Made by a program: the position numbers and the translations under genes
The notes under the pieces: model-generated
The model's database searches: none
What the model was told of the DNA's origin: nothing
The model's input: the letters and a program-made list of their open reading frames with translations, nothing else
Shown: piece after piece, positions 17,889 through 28,453 of the stretch
How positions within the stretch are numbered: position 1 is the stretch's first letter
Layout: the number at the start of each line of letters is the position of its first letter
Sequence record: DRR378314_807
DNA: 64,000 nt
Reading direction: 5' to 3' (one strand)

Positions 17889-20387
17889 CTAGTGAATACC
17901 TTTGCTGTTGAGATGCCCTTTATAAGCCATATCGCTTTTCATAATGTGGTTCATGAGCCAGGCTTTTACGAACTCCAATAGCTCATCAATCACGTCTTCG
18001 TGGCTATCAACCCGGTGTTTGAAGCGCATCACATCCTGCACTAAGTCGCGGTGCTTAAGCTTGTGGTTTTCTAAGTCAGGATAGCCGTTACGCTCCATTA
18101 GCAACTCTTCGTAGTTAAAGTGCGTAGCCGTGTAGTTAATTAACGAGTCCACCAGACGCTGTAACGCATGCTGATCACCATCGCGAAGCTTCAGGCGATA
18201 CAGCTCATTAGCAATGTAAATTAGGCGCTGGTGCTGACGGTTAATTTCTTCAATGCCCACATCCAGCTTCGGCGACCATTCAATGAGTACGTCTTGTTCT
18301 GAAAGACGTCGCTCTATCACGTCTTTTTCAATGTAATAGCGGTCGCCAAGAGACTTAATTTCGCCGCCTAAAGTCGTTAATTGAGCTGAGCTTTCTAACG
18401 CTTCTTGCGAGCGTTCATCAACAATTCGTGCACTTTCAGAAAGTGAATTAATGTTTTCCTGAATATTTATGGTTACCGCAGACTGCTCTTCCGTTGTGGA
18501 GGCTATCTGAATATTCAGGTCGTTAATGACACCAACATTTTCGACAATGTCAGATAATGAACTTGCAGCCCGGTTCGCTTGTTCAACATTTTCGCCCGCC
18601 AGGGTTTTATTGCGCTCCATGGTTTGCACTGCATTGTTTGTGTTGGTCTCCAGCCGACCAATGACACTTTGTATTTCGCCAGTGGAAGCCTGTACCCGTT
18701 GTGCTAACTGTCTGACTTCATCAGCTACAACCGCAAAGCCCCGACCCGACTCACCGGCTCTGGCGGCTTCAATAGCAGCATTCAGCGCCAGCAAATTGGT
18801 CTGGTCGGCAATGTCATTAATGGTCAGTAATATTTTCGAGATAGACTGGCTATCTTCAGATAATGTTTTTATAACACGCTGAGATTCGGACACTTCTTGC
18901 TCGAGTCTCTGGATGGCAGTCACCATGGTATGAACAACCTGCTGCCCATTTTTAGCGGATATCAAGGTGTTATCAGCTTCTGTTGCGGCTTTCTGAGTTG
19001 ACTCTGACACTTCACTTATCGCCGACGTCATTTGCTCGACTGCCGCAGCTGCGCTTTGCATTTGCGAAGCCTGAGCTCTTGCCCGTTCGGCCAGCTCTTT
19101 AATTGCCTGATAATTACCGTTACCCAGCCTGTCCATGCCGTCGCTCGACTTGCGTATAGCATCCACTGAGTAACTGGTCTCAATAGCGACCGAGTTCAGG
19201 TAATGAGTTATTTTCGACAGCTCATCATGCCCCTCTGTCGAGCTCAAACTATTTAGGTCGCCATTTGCCAGCTGTTTGGCCATTTTAATATTGGCAGACA
19301 CCGCCCGGTAAATTCCTAAATATAAGCTGGTAAATAACAGTAACTGCAATAACAACACCCCGACAATCAAAGCCGCGTTGGTCCAAATCACCGTATCTAA
19401 TTTTGTCAGGCGCTGTTCAAGTCTCGAGTGATAAGCCGGAATAACGCTGTCGTAAAAAGCAAATAACGCCCCTGTCGCGGCAGTTCCTTCACGGAAGAAG
19501 TCACTGGCCGACATATTGCGTTCCATTAGTTTGCTAGAAGCAGTTTCGCTAAATAATCTTAACTGCTGTTCGGCTGCCTTAGCCTGCATCAACAAGCCCT
19601 GGTCGTTAACTTCTTCGGATAAACTCTCGACAACGTCCACAAAGTCGGAAACCTGGTTTTCCAGCACGTAGCTTAAAATGGTGACATCCTGCTGTAGTTC
19701 GGGGCTTTCCTTTCCGCTTAACCATTGAGCTCCCAACCCCCTTAAGCGACCTCCCTGCTCAACTAACTGCGGCAGTTCTTCAACAGAAAGACGTGCTAAG
19801 AACAAGCTAGGCAAATCATTTTCCAACAGTTGTTGGGAGTTTTTGCCAAGCAGCTTTAACACACTTTGGACCTTTTCCAAAAGCTCAGTATGCTGGTGAA
19901 AAGTGTCCGTTGAACCGCTTAAGCCCTGCCATTTACGGCGCAGCTCCAGCAATAATGATTCTGGCAGCAAATGACTTTGGCCTGGTTTACTTTGGAGGTC
20001 ATCCAGAGCACTAAAATGACGATTAATGGCTTGCACTGAACGGTTTATTTCACTGGAAAACTCTCGTTTTTGAGCTTCACTCCCAGTCATTCCCCGGTGC
20101 ATGGCGATATGCTCTAAAAGCCCTCTTAATTCTGGCCAGTATTGAGCGGCTTCATGCTTTTGTTCAACCTGATGGCTTTTTTCCAGTGAGTCATTAACCA
20201 TCAACGAACTCAGTACAATAACCGGAATAAAGAGTAAAAAACCAATCAAGCTAAATTTTCGTCTAAAACTCAGTAAATTAAATAACTTTTGGACAGGGCG
20301 AGTTAACCAATCGAGCCACTTCATAACCACTCCACTACAGGCAGAATCTACAACCACAAACGGCTTATTCTGCTCATTCATCGGCAT
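17889..20387 (-). CDS. methyl-accepting chemotaxis protein with C-terminal bacteriohemerythrin domain
   Basis: Two TM helices, HAMP and MCP core [34 protein letters not shown]. The C-terminus has hemerythrin ligands QH, HFNYEE, HKLKH and HIMKSD. Start uncertain. Confidence 0.9.
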   Translation of the reverse strand: MPMNEQNKPFVVVDSACSGVVMKWLDWLTRPVQKLFNLLSFRRKFSLIGFLLFIPVIVLSSLMVNDSLEKSHQVEQKHEAAQYWPELRGLLEHIAMHRGMTGSEAQKREFSSEINRSVQAINRHFSALDDLQSKPGQSHLLPESLLLELRRKWQGLSGSTDTFHQHTELLEKVQSVLKLLGKNSQQLLENDLPSLFLARLSVEELPQLVEQGGRLRGLGAQWLSGKESPELQQDVTILSYVLENQVSDFVDVVESLSEEVNDQGLLMQAKAAEQQLRLFSETASSKLMERNMSASDFFREGTAATGALFAFYDSVIPAYHSRLEQRLTKLDTVIWTNAALIVGVLLLQLLLFTSLYLGIYRAVSANIKMAKQLANGDLNSLSSTEGHDELSKITHYLNSVAIETSYSVDAIRKSSDGMDRLGNGNYQAIKELAERARAQASQMQSAAAAVEQMTSAISEVSESTQKAATEADNTLISAKNGQQVVHTMVTAIQRLEQEVSESQRVIKTLSEDSQSISKILLTINDIADQTNLLALNAAIEAARAGESGRGFAVVADEVRQLAQRVQASTGEIQSVIGRLETNTNNAVQTMERNKTLAGENVEQANRAASSLSDIVENVGVINDLNIQIASTTEEQSAVTINIQENINSLSESARIVDERSQEALESSAQLTTLGGEIKSLGDRYYIEKDVIERRLSEQDVLIEWSPKLDVGIEEINRQHQRLIYIANELYRLKLRDGDQHALQRLVDSLINYTATHFNYEELLMERNGYPDLENHKLKHRDLVQDVMRFKHRVDSHEDVIDELLEFVKAWLMNHIMKSDMAYKGHLNSKGIH

Positions 20388-20432
20388 TAGTCACACATAA
20401 TACAGTGTTGTTGGTTGCCAAGTGGCTTTTGC

Positions 20433-20446
20433 TTGATCGTGATCAA
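20433..20446 (-). promoter_or_regulatory. perfect FNR box upstream of the MCP-hemerythrin gene
   Basis: TTGAT-cgtg-ATCAA (10/10), overlapping the deoD stop codon; candidate -10 AACACT at 20409-20404. Confidence 0.82.
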
Positions 20447-21153
20447 TAAACCAGTAAACTTTCTAAAGTCATCTTGGTCATTTCGTTAAAAGCGGTCTGT
20501 CTTTCATTAGCCGACAAGCCATTGCCCGTTCTTATTTCATCAGAAACTGTCATAACGGCTAAAGCCTGTTTCTTATGAATCGCGGCTACCGCATAAAGAG
20601 CCGCTGCCTCCATATCTAGCGCCAGAACATTCATGACTTCCAGCCGAGACTCCAGTTTTTTGTCCGGATGGTAGAAACTGTCAGTAGAAAATATATTGCC
20701 AACAGCTACACGCTGGTTCTTCTTCTGACAATAACCGACGAACTCACTTAACAATTTGTAATCTGCAATTGCTGCAAAGTCATAACCGCCAAACAGCTTT
20801 TGGTTCATTGAAGAGTCAGTACAGGCTCCCTGGGCAACGACCAGATCACGCAAATTAAGGTTTGCTGATACGGCACCGCAAGTGCCTACCCGCACTAAGC
20901 GCTCAACACCGAAATGCTGAAACAGCTCCTGTGCATACAGCGCGCAGGAGGGCATCCCCATCCCGGATCCCATCACCGACACGGGTGTACCGCGAAATTG
21001 CCCGGTAAATGCCAGCATATTTCGGGTATCACTTATGAGTTCTGCACTGTCCAGATGTGTTTCAGCAATATGTCTTGCCCTTAACGGGTCACCAGGAAAC
21101 AAGCAAAGTTCAGCAAAATCACCGGCTTTTGCCGAAATGTGTGGTGTGGTCAT
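20443..21153 (-). CDS. deoD: purine nucleoside phosphorylase, DeoD type
   Basis: MTTPHISA, PGDPLRA, GSGMGMPS, RVGTCGA, DMEAAALY and ERQTAFNEM motifs. Confidence 0.92.
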   Translation of the reverse strand: MTTPHISAKAGDFAELCLFPGDPLRARHIAETHLDSAELISDTRNMLAFTGQFRGTPVSVMGSGMGMPSCALYAQELFQHFGVERLVRVGTCGAVSANLNLRDLVVAQGACTDSSMNQKLFGGYDFAAIADYKLLSEFVGYCQKKNQRVAVGNIFSTDSFYHPDKKLESRLEVMNVLALDMEAAALYAVAAIHKKQALAVMTVSDEIRTGNGLSANERQTAFNEMTKMTLESLLVY

Positions 21154-21200
21154 AGAAGTCGCCTTGTTATTTTTTCATCAAGATAGATGACAACTCGGAA

Positions 21201-21239
21201 ATAATCGACTATATTTCGGATTATTCTAAATTAGATTAT
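21201..21239 (+). promoter_or_regulatory. candidate ArsR-family operator
   Basis: AT-rich imperfect palindrome ATAATC...ATTTCGGATTATTCTAAAT...GATTAT just before an operon that ends in an ArsR gene. Confidence 0.4.
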
Positions 21240-21250
21240 CAAGAAATAAT

Positions 21251-23767
21251 ATGATCGATGTTATTATGAAATTAGCAACAGGCTATCGCAGAAGCGTCTT
21301 TTGGACGTTGACGCTGATCACTATTGCTGCCGCTGCGTTCATCCCGTCTATTACCATTGATACCGATCCGGAGAACATGCTGCCGGATGACAACCCGCAG
21401 CGAGTTTTCCATAATGAGGTAAAAGAAACCTTCGCTATGCATGACATGATTGTCGTTGGCGTAGTGAATAAGAACACCGTCTACAACCAAAAGACTTTAA
21501 CCGACCTGCATACCATGTCGAATTACGCGGAGTCACTGGACGGAGTTATCAGTGACGACCTGATGTCACTGGCGAATGTCGATAATATTACTCAGGAAGA
21601 GCCCGGCACCATTCGTTTTGAATGGATGATGAAACAACCGCCAGAAAGTAACGCGGAAGCGCAATACATCCAGAAACAAGTAAAAGACCTGCCATTGCTT
21701 TATAACACCATTGTGTCCGGCGACGACAAGTCTGCCGCTATTTATGTACCCATTGAGAGCAAAGACCAGAGCTATGCTCTGGCGGAGCAACTGCGTGAAA
21801 AAATTGCCACTTTGGAAACCAGTGATGACTGGCACATTACCGGTTTACCCGTTGCTGAAGACCAGTTTGGCTATGAAATGTTTGTACAAATGGGCATTTC
21901 AGCGCCGCTAGCAGCAGCGGTAATTTTCGCTCTGCTTTGGTTTTTCTTCCGCAATGTGCGTTTCATAAGTGCAGCAATGATAGTCGCCATGTCGACAGTG
22001 CTTATTACCATGGGAACACTCATTGCTCTGGGGTTTACCGTACACATTATGTCGTCGATGATCGCTATTTTCCTGATGCCTATTGCGGTAGTCGACTCAG
22101 TGCACATTATGTCCGAGTTTTCGGACCGATACCGTGAAAAAGGTAATGCAAAAGACACCATAAAAGACGTGCTGAGGCACCTGTTTACACCCATGCTATT
22201 TACCTCAATAACCTCGTCTATTGGCTTTTACTCGCTGATGCTAACGCCAATTCCACCGGTGCAGGTGTTCGGCGCTTTCGTTGGCTCCGGAATTCTTTTG
22301 GCCTTCTTAATTACGGTGCTTTTCGTGCCTGCCTATATTTGCGCACTGAAACCATCAACGCTGGAAAGCTTTACTCAAGTGACTCATGACGAGCATAAAC
22401 AAGGTTGGCTGCAAAAAATGGGGGCTACCGCGGCTAGCCACGCCAAATTGTGGATAGCCTTTTTCCTGGCCGTTCTGGCTTTTGCCTGGTTCGGTATTCA
22501 GCAAATAAACATTAACGACAACCCGGTGCGTTGGTTTAAACCTGACCACGAGGTTCGTATTGCTGACGAAGTATTAAACGACCACTTTGCCGGGACGTAC
22601 AACGCGTATGTAGTATTTGAAAATACCTTAGATACGACCGAAAAGGCTCGCTCAGCGGTTCGTGACGCCCTGAATAACGACGCGCTGTCTGAAGAATCCC
22701 GCGATGCTATAAGCGCTCTGCTTGAGCAAGAACAAGTGAACTTTAACCAGTGGATTATCGCTATTGATGATCTGCTCTTCAGCGTTGGTTCCGACCAATT
22801 AGAGCCGTTAGAGCGCTTAATGACAGAGCTCGAACAGCTGAATAGCGCCAGCAAAGCATTCCAAAGCCCGGAATTACTAGCTTACATAAGCGAGATGCAA
22901 GCGTACTTGCAAACGACAGGCTTGGTGGGCAAATCCAACAGCCTGTCCGACGTGGTCAAGACGGTTAACCGTGAATTACGCTCGGGCGAAGAAAAAGACT
23001 ACGAATTGCCGGACAATGCCAACGGCGTTGCGCAAACCCTGTTGCAGTATCAGTCATCGCACCGTCCGCAGGACCTCTGGCACTTTGTTACGCCGGACTA
23101 CAAACGCAGTTTAATGTGGTTGCAGTTAACCAGCGGTGACAACCAACACGTAACCCAGGTCGTCAAAGCTGTTGATAGCTATATTCAGGATAATCCTCTG
23201 CCTGCAAACACTGAAATGGACTGGGCCGGCAAAGCTTACCTGAACGTCGTGTGGCAGGAAGCCATGGTCGAAGGCATGCTCGACAGCTTAATCAGTGCTT
23301 TTGTGGTGGTGTTTATTATGATGGTGCTGCTGTTCCGCTCAGTGGTCTTCGGTGTACTGGCCATGTTACCGCTGAGTCTGACCATTGCCTTTATTTACGG
23401 ACTTATCGGCTGGGTCGGTAAAGACTACGACATGCCCATTGCCGTGCTGTCATCGCTGACGCTTGGGCTGTCGGTGGACTTTGCTATTCACTTCATTGAA
23501 CGCACCCGCGCTACATTCAAGCAAACCGGTAACTGGAAAGACACTCTGGTAGTTATGTTTGATGAGCCCGCGCGGGCCATTTCCCGCAATGCCATTGTCA
23601 TTGCCATTGGCTTTACGCCACTGCTGTTCGCACCGTTAGTGCCCTACATTACCGTAGGCGTATTCTTAGCCAGCATTATGGCCATATCCGCCATAGTGAC
23701 GCTTATTATGCTCCCGGCGGTAATGACTGCCTTTAACCGCCTGATATTCCGTGGAGATCCATCATGA
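21251..23767 (+). CDS. RND superfamily MMPL-type exporter
   Basis: 838 aa with two repeats of TM + periplasmic loop + 5 TM; IAVVDSVHIMSEF and GLSVDFAIHF charge-relay motifs. Confidence 0.88.
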   Translation: MIDVIMKLATGYRRSVFWTLTLITIAAAAFIPSITIDTDPENMLPDDNPQRVFHNEVKETFAMHDMIVVGVVNKNTVYNQKTLTDLHTMSNYAESLDGVISDDLMSLANVDNITQEEPGTIRFEWMMKQPPESNAEAQYIQKQVKDLPLLYNTIVSGDDKSAAIYVPIESKDQSYALAEQLREKIATLETSDDWHITGLPVAEDQFGYEMFVQMGISAPLAAAVIFALLWFFFRNVRFISAAMIVAMSTVLITMGTLIALGFTVHIMSSMIAIFLMPIAVVDSVHIMSEFSDRYREKGNAKDTIKDVLRHLFTPMLFTSITSSIGFYSLMLTPIPPVQVFGAFVGSGILLAFLITVLFVPAYICALKPSTLESFTQVTHDEHKQGWLQKMGATAASHAKLWIAFFLAVLAFAWFGIQQININDNPVRWFKPDHEVRIADEVLNDHFAGTYNAYVVFENTLDTTEKARSAVRDALNNDALSEESRDAISALLEQEQVNFNQWIIAIDDLLFSVGSDQLEPLERLMTELEQLNSASKAFQSPELLAYISEMQAYLQTTGLVGKSNSLSDVVKTVNRELRSGEEKDYELPDNANGVAQTLLQYQSSHRPQDLWHFVTPDYKRSLMWLQLTSGDNQHVTQVVKAVDSYIQDNPLPANTEMDWAGKAYLNVVWQEAMVEGMLDSLISAFVVVFIMMVLLFRSVVFGVLAMLPLSLTIAFIYGLIGWVGKDYDMPIAVLSSLTLGLSVDFAIHFIERTRATFKQTGNWKDTLVVMFDEPARAISRNAIVIAIGFTPLLFAPLVPYITVGVFLASIMAISAIVTLIMLPAVMTAFNRLIFRGDPS

Positions 23768-24564
23768 AAACCCTATTGTTAACCGCTTTATCCGCCGCCG
23801 TTTTATTCGTTAGCGGCCAGGCTATGAGTGCCGAAAAAAGCGCGCGTGAAATTGTCGAGCAAGCCGAGTTAAACGCCTATTACTCTGGTGATGACGGCCG
23901 CAGCGCAGCGCGAATGATCATCACTGATAATCAGGGCCGCGAACAAATGCGTCAATTCACCATTTTGCGCAAAGACCAGGAAGACGGTGGAGTTCAGGAC
24001 ATGATGATATTCTTCTCACGCCCTGCCGATGTGCGTGACACTGTGTTTCGCGTGGTAAAACGAGTCAACGACGACGATGACCGCTGGCTTTATTTACCCG
24101 ATCTGGATTTGGTTAAACGCATATCAGCAGGCGACAAGCGTACGTCTTTTGTCGGTTCACACTTTTTCTATGAAGACGTTTCCGGTCGCGATACCGCTTT
24201 AGACAGCTATGAAGTTCTGTCGGAGGACGATGCAAAGTACGTGCTAAAAGGCACACCTAAAGACTCTGACAAGGTTGAGTTTAGCTACTACGAAGTGGTC
24301 ATTGATAAAGAGCACATGCTGCCAGTAGAAAGCACCTTCTATAACGACAGCGGCGAAGCTTATCGCAAAATGGAAGTACTAGAAATTGAAACGGTTCAAG
24401 GCTACCCAACTGTGACTCATTCACGAATATCGGATCTTGAAAATGGCGGTAAAACCGACATGCAATTCCGCTTTATGCAATACGACATTGGCTTACCGGA
24501 CAGTATTTTCAGTGAGCGCAGCTTACGTAACCCTCCGGCAGAATGGTTACAACTGAGAGACTAA
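23764..24564 (+). CDS. outer-membrane lipoprotein-sorting (LolA-like) periplasmic protein
   Basis: Signal peptide; PADVRDT, DDRWLYLPDLDLVKRIS and SFVGSHFFYED motifs; ATGA overlap with the MMPL gene. Confidence 0.82.
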   Translation: MKTLLLTALSAAVLFVSGQAMSAEKSAREIVEQAELNAYYSGDDGRSAARMIITDNQGREQMRQFTILRKDQEDGGVQDMMIFFSRPADVRDTVFRVVKRVNDDDDRWLYLPDLDLVKRISAGDKRTSFVGSHFFYEDVSGRDTALDSYEVLSEDDAKYVLKGTPKDSDKVEFSYYEVVIDKEHMLPVESTFYNDSGEAYRKMEVLEIETVQGYPTVTHSRISDLENGGKTDMQFRFMQYDIGLPDSIFSERSLRNPPAEWLQLRD

Positions 24565-24566
24565 TT

Positions 24567-25772
24567 ATGCCATACCGGAAAATTTTAGCGTTTACTGTTC
24601 TTTTCACTTTGGCTCAGGCCGCATCGGCACAGGACTCCTGGGGGGATGACGAATGGGAAAGTGACTGGGGAACGGAACAAGACCAGGGTATTGATGTCTA
24701 TGGTTATGTTGAGGCGGCAATAGGCGGACGATTTGAATCCTCCCCCTATCACAAGCGTCTGTCTATTGCTGAGCCTCGACTACAGTTGGGTTTTGACGAA
24801 CGCTGGCAAGATATTGCTTGGACAGCAAAAGCCGACGGCTGGTACGACGGCTTTGATGAAACCTGGCACGGTCAAATTCGCGAACTTAATGCTCAGTTTA
24901 CGGTTTTCGATAACACCGATATAAAAGTTGGCCGTCAGGTACTCACCTGGGGCACCGGCGACTACTTATTCCTTAACGATCTGTTCCCTAAAGACTGGCA
25001 GTCCTTCTTTGTCGGACGTGACCAGGAATACTTGAAGGCGCCATCTGACGCACTGCGTATCACCAGCTACTTCGACTGGTTCAATCTCGACTTTGTCTGG
25101 TCTCCTGAGTTTGACCCCGACAATTACATTCGCGGTGAACGCATTTCTTATTTTAATCCGCTAACCCAGCAGTTAACCGGCGACGATCCGTCCATTCAGT
25201 TTGTTGAGCCCACGCGCGATGAGTACGCTTTGCGCTTGTTCCGTAATCACGAAGGTGTGGAATACGCCGTCTATGGTTACGACGGCTTTACCAAAAGCCC
25301 GGAGGCAGTGACTGACAACTTCCAACCCACCTTCGGCCGCTTAACTGTGGTTGGCGCCTCCGTTAGGATGCCTCTGGGACCAGGACTGGTGAATACCGAA
25401 GTCGCCAATTACAACCGTCATGATGCAGAAGATCATTGGCGCGCACTGGTTGGCTACGAGCAAGAATTATGGACGCGCTTTACCGGCGGCTTTCAGGCTT
25501 ACGTAGAGAAAGGCGACAACCAAACACGCACCGTATTCACCACCCGTCTAACCTGGCGCGACGAGCGTGATGATCTGAATCTGTCGTTGTTTGCTTTTGT
25601 ATCACCGAATCAAAGCGACGGCTACTTACGGCCGACTTTTGACTACCGCATTGACGATAACTGGTCATTAAGCGGCGGCTTCAACCTATTTTTCCGCGAA
25701 CGTCCAGAGACTTTTTTTGGCCAGTTCACCGAAAACAACAACGCGTATCTGCGTATGCGGTATGCGTTTTAA
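24567..25772 (+). CDS. putative outer-membrane beta-barrel (DUF1302-like)
   Basis: Signal peptide, IRELNA, KVGRQVLTWGTGD, alternating aromatic strands, FFGQF and C-terminal YAF. Confidence 0.75.
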   Translation: MPYRKILAFTVLFTLAQAASAQDSWGDDEWESDWGTEQDQGIDVYGYVEAAIGGRFESSPYHKRLSIAEPRLQLGFDERWQDIAWTAKADGWYDGFDETWHGQIRELNAQFTVFDNTDIKVGRQVLTWGTGDYLFLNDLFPKDWQSFFVGRDQEYLKAPSDALRITSYFDWFNLDFVWSPEFDPDNYIRGERISYFNPLTQQLTGDDPSIQFVEPTRDEYALRLFRNHEGVEYAVYGYDGFTKSPEAVTDNFQPTFGRLTVVGASVRMPLGPGLVNTEVANYNRHDAEDHWRALVGYEQELWTRFTGGFQAYVEKGDNQTRTVFTTRLTWRDERDDLNLSLFAFVSPNQSDGYLRPTFDYRIDDNWSLSGGFNLFFRERPETFFGQFTENNNAYLRMRYAF

Positions 25773-25795
25773 TAGAAAAACTAAGGAGTTCGATA

Positions 25796-26014
25796 ATGAG
25801 TGTAGAAAGAGCTATAACCGCATTTGCAGGCTTTATGGTATTGTTATCGTTAGCTTTGACTTATTGGGTTCACCCCAACTGGGTATGGCTGACCGTATTT
25901 ATTGGCGCCAATCTATTTCAACAATCTTTCACGGGTTTTTGTCCGGCAGGCATTTTTATGAAAAAAGCGTTAGGATTAAAAACAGAGCGTGAGTTAGAAA
26001 AATCAGGAAAATAA
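25796..26014 (+). CDS. DUF2892 (YgaP membrane-domain-like) small membrane protein
   Basis: ER...AG, two TM helices, GANLFQQSFTGFCP; AAGGAG RBS. Confidence 0.85.
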   Translation: MSVERAITAFAGFMVLLSLALTYWVHPNWVWLTVFIGANLFQQSFTGFCPAGIFMKKALGLKTERELEKSGK

Positions 26015-26021
26015 CGACACC

Positions 26022-26333
26022 ATGAGTGCAACTGAATCACAAGAGATGCATCAGGAAGAGGCGCAGAATGCAGCAAGCTTTCTGCGCTCTTTAGGTAACC
26101 CCCACCGTTTACAAATTTTATGCCGACTGGCTTTAGGTGAACAAAGTGTGGGTCAACTTCATCAGTTTTTTGACTTAAGCCCGTCAGCTTTTTCACAACA
26201 CCTTGCGGTATTGCGTCAACAGCAATTGGTCAGCATTCGTAAAGAGTCGCAAACCGTGTACTACTCCATAAAAGACCCGGATACCGAAGCTTTTATGACG
26301 TTATTGAAAGATAAATTCTGCCCTTCGCTTTAA
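26022..26333 (+). CDS. ArsR/SmtB-family repressor, BigR/SqrR/YgaV-like with two Cys
   Basis: LGNPHRLQILCRL, SQHLAVLR, SQTVYYSI and C-terminal KFC. Confidence 0.87.
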   Translation: MSATESQEMHQEEAQNAASFLRSLGNPHRLQILCRLALGEQSVGQLHQFFDLSPSAFSQHLAVLRQQQLVSIRKESQTVYYSIKDPDTEAFMTLLKDKFCPSL

Positions 26334-26351
26334 GTGGTACTACTAAAGGGA

Positions 26352-26368
26352 TGCTACCTTTTGTCGCA
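26352..26368 (+). promoter_or_regulatory. candidate RegA/PrrA-type binding site
   Basis: TGCTAC-ctttt-GTCGCA resembles GCGNC-N5-GNCGC and lies upstream of the receptor/regB/regA-like operon. Confidence 0.5.
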
Positions 26369-26429
26369 TCCTAACCACCTAAAAAATAGAGAATAATAGC
26401 GACATTACCTTATTAAAGGACAATGTCGT

Positions 26430-28448
26430 ATGAAAGCTATTTATCCTCTGGCAACTTGCTTACTCTTGCCAATTATCAGTTACGCTAACGAAACCACCGA
26501 TATTCAGGAAAGAATTGTCATTATTGGCGAATCGATGCAGTCGCCCAGTGAATGGGTGGTCGATTCGAAACAACCCAGACAACCGCTGCCTGCTCACGAT
26601 GCCGGTGATTTTTTAAAAAGCCTTGCTGGATTTAGTGCAACCCGCAAAGGCGGAGCCTCTGCTGACCCTTTATTCCGCGGCATGGGAGCAGGCAGACTGA
26701 CCATAGTTAATGACGGGCAAATGCTGCAGGGTGGGTGTAGCAGCCGCATGGATCCGCCAACGGCGTACATAACCCCACAAAGTTATGACAGCGTGACGAT
26801 TGTTAAGGGCCCACAAACCGTATTGTTCGCCGGTTCAGCAGCATCTATCCATTTTGAGCGAGAAGCAACATTCTTTGAAGTACCCGAGTTTACCGGTTAC
26901 TTAAATGCCACCACAGCGCAGTACGGCCGCCTGAATACCACCGCTGATTTAACCTGGGGAGCGCAACCAGGCTATGTACGCGTGAACGCATCTGCCGCAA
27001 CCGCCGATGACTACGAAGATGGCTCGGGTAATAGCATTAACAGCCAGTATGAACGCTGGAGTGGCGATGTTGACCTGGCCTGGACACCCTCACGGCAGCA
27101 TCGTCTGATACTCAAGCTTGGCGTTAGCGATGGCGAGGCAGCCTACGCCGATCGCAGTATGGATGGGGTGCTCTTTGACCGTAAAAGCGTCGCGCTGAAT
27201 TACCAATGGCAACCTGAGAACCGTTCGCTCGAAGAACTTTCTGTTAATACCTATTTCAATACCATTGACCACGTTATGGACAACTATTCTTTGCGCGAGT
27301 TTACCCCGTCGATGATGATGCCCAACCCAACCGCCAGTAACCCGGATAGATATTCCCGTGGTTTTAAACTTGCCTCCGAATGGCAGTTAACCCCTTCCGG
27401 GCAACTCAAAACTGGGCTTGAACATAATGAGTCGGCTCACCGTAACCGTTCCAGCAAAGATCAGTTTAACCGACCATTTGAAAGCCTTAACCGAGTTGAT
27501 GACGCTTTTATTGAGCAAGATGGCATTTATGCAGAATACCGCCACTCTATAGATCAAGAATGGCAGTTAGTCAGCGGTTATCGGCTTGATCACTGGAAAA
27601 TGACAGACAAGCGCACCGACATTCAATCTATGTCAGCTCCGGCTCAATCCAACCCCACGGCGAATGAAACACGCAGTGAGAACCTTCATAGCGGGTTTCT
27701 TCGTATAGAAAAACAGCTTAAAAATGGTTATTGGTATGCGGGTTGGGGTCAGGCGGAGCGGTTCCCGGACTACTGGGAGGCCATTGGTAACAGCCGCCAG
27801 TCACCAACGTCAGAATCGGCTTTTTACACCGACGCAGAGACCAACCAACAATGGGATATTGGTCTCGATATAAACACCGATAAATGGCGACTGGACGCGT
27901 CCATTTTCTACAGTCGGGTCGATGACTTTATTCTTTTGCAAAAAGGCATGATGATGCAGCCGGATACCGTCCGTAATATTAATGCCCGAACCTGGGGCGG
28001 GGAAACAACCTTAAGTTACCAACTGACCCAAGCCTGGTCGGTGTCATCAGCACTGGCCATAACCCGCGGAAGTAATAAAACCGATGATAACTATCTGCCG
28101 CAGCAACCTGCTGATGAACTGCGTATTGCCACTGATTACCGCCACAACGCACTGACTTACTCTTTGCTCTGGCGCCTGGTGGATAAACAAGAGCGCACAG
28201 CAGTGAATCAGGGCAATGTCATTGGCTATGATATCGGTAATAGCCCGGGTTATGGTGTTTTATCGGCAAATATCGACTGGAAAATTGATCCAAAGTGGCA
28301 GCTAAGTTTAGGAGTCGATAATATACTGGATAAAACCTATGCAGAGCACTTGAGTCGCTCCGCCGCCAGCATTTCCGGATACCAGCAAATTGACAAAGTT
28401 AATGAGCCGGGTCGTACTGTCTGGCTGCAGACCAACTACCACTTTTAA
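26430..28448 (+). CDS. oprC: TonB-dependent copper receptor, OprC type
   Basis: PRQPLPAHD, CxxxM (GCSSRMDPP), HxM (DHVMDNYSLR), Met tracts (SMMMP, GMMMQ) and a C-terminal NEPGR...YHF. Confidence 0.85.
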   Translation: MKAIYPLATCLLLPIISYANETTDIQERIVIIGESMQSPSEWVVDSKQPRQPLPAHDAGDFLKSLAGFSATRKGGASADPLFRGMGAGRLTIVNDGQMLQGGCSSRMDPPTAYITPQSYDSVTIVKGPQTVLFAGSAASIHFEREATFFEVPEFTGYLNATTAQYGRLNTTADLTWGAQPGYVRVNASAATADDYEDGSGNSINSQYERWSGDVDLAWTPSRQHRLILKLGVSDGEAAYADRSMDGVLFDRKSVALNYQWQPENRSLEELSVNTYFNTIDHVMDNYSLREFTPSMMMPNPTASNPDRYSRGFKLASEWQLTPSGQLKTGLEHNESAHRNRSSKDQFNRPFESLNRVDDAFIEQDGIYAEYRHSIDQEWQLVSGYRLDHWKMTDKRTDIQSMSAPAQSNPTANETRSENLHSGFLRIEKQLKNGYWYAGWGQAERFPDYWEAIGNSRQSPTSESAFYTDAETNQQWDIGLDINTDKWRLDASIFYSRVDDFILLQKGMMMQPDTVRNINARTWGGETTLSYQLTQAWSVSSALAITRGSNKTDDNYLPQQPADELRIATDYRHNALTYSLLWRLVDKQERTAVNQGNVIGYDIGNSPGYGVLSANIDWKIDPKWQLSLGVDNILDKTYAEHLSRSAASISGYQQIDKVNEPGRTVWLQTNYHF

Positions 28449-28453
28449 GCCCG

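Noticed and set aside
18526-18882. Antisense ORF in the MCP gene, and similar shadow ORFs throughout the track
   Set aside because: Typical antisense shadows of conserved coding frames, with no RBS or domain evidence.
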